A stretch of 18,408 bases of DNA, taken from NCBI RefSeq assembly GCF_006345805.1, contig NW_021824519.1, forward strand, positions 1-18,408, written 5' to 3'. The position numbers and the translations under genes are program-made. Origin of the DNA: Octopus sinensis. Its lineage: Eukaryota. Numbering within the stretch: the first letter of the stretch is position 1; each line of letters opens with the position of its first letter. Below, piece after piece: positions 18,388-18,408 of this stretch. The notes under the pieces were generated by a model. The model did not search any database and was not told where the DNA came from. It saw only the letters and a program-made list of their open reading frames with translations.

Positions 18388-18408
18388 CGCAGGCGTGGCT
18401 GTGTGGTT
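18388..18408 (+). mobile_element. Start of another family A-like SINE, cut by the window end
   Basis: gcaggcgtggctgtgtggt matches the head gcaggagtggctgtgtggt at 17815. Confidence 0.7.

Overview
This is eukaryotic, repeat-rich intronic DNA. The SINE families and microsatellite density suggest a cephalopod, probably Octopus (inference). One host exon is well supported: a 571-nt internal exon on the minus strand (12997-13567) encoding the end of the H-NOX domain, the linker and the PAS/H-NOBA start of a soluble guanylate cyclase, probably an alpha-type subunit. I recognised no other exon of this gene in the window. The rest is mobile DNA and microsatellites: a 5'-truncated Tx1/L1 LINE sitting inside an (ATCT)n tract; four same-orientation R4/Dong-type LINE pieces stacked in (AAT)n tracts right up to the exon's splice acceptor; (TA)n-flanked short repeats, two carrying near-canonical minimal type I hammerhead ribozyme folds (Penelope-like); a decayed Tc1/mariner DD41D-like transposase end; and about nine tRNA-derived SINE copies, including inverted pairs that span the exon and a 4x tandem-amplified SINE inversion junction. 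The most interesting signal is an apparent partitioning of microsatellite types among different retroelement classes. All alignments, counts and folds were done by eye and need computational confirmation.
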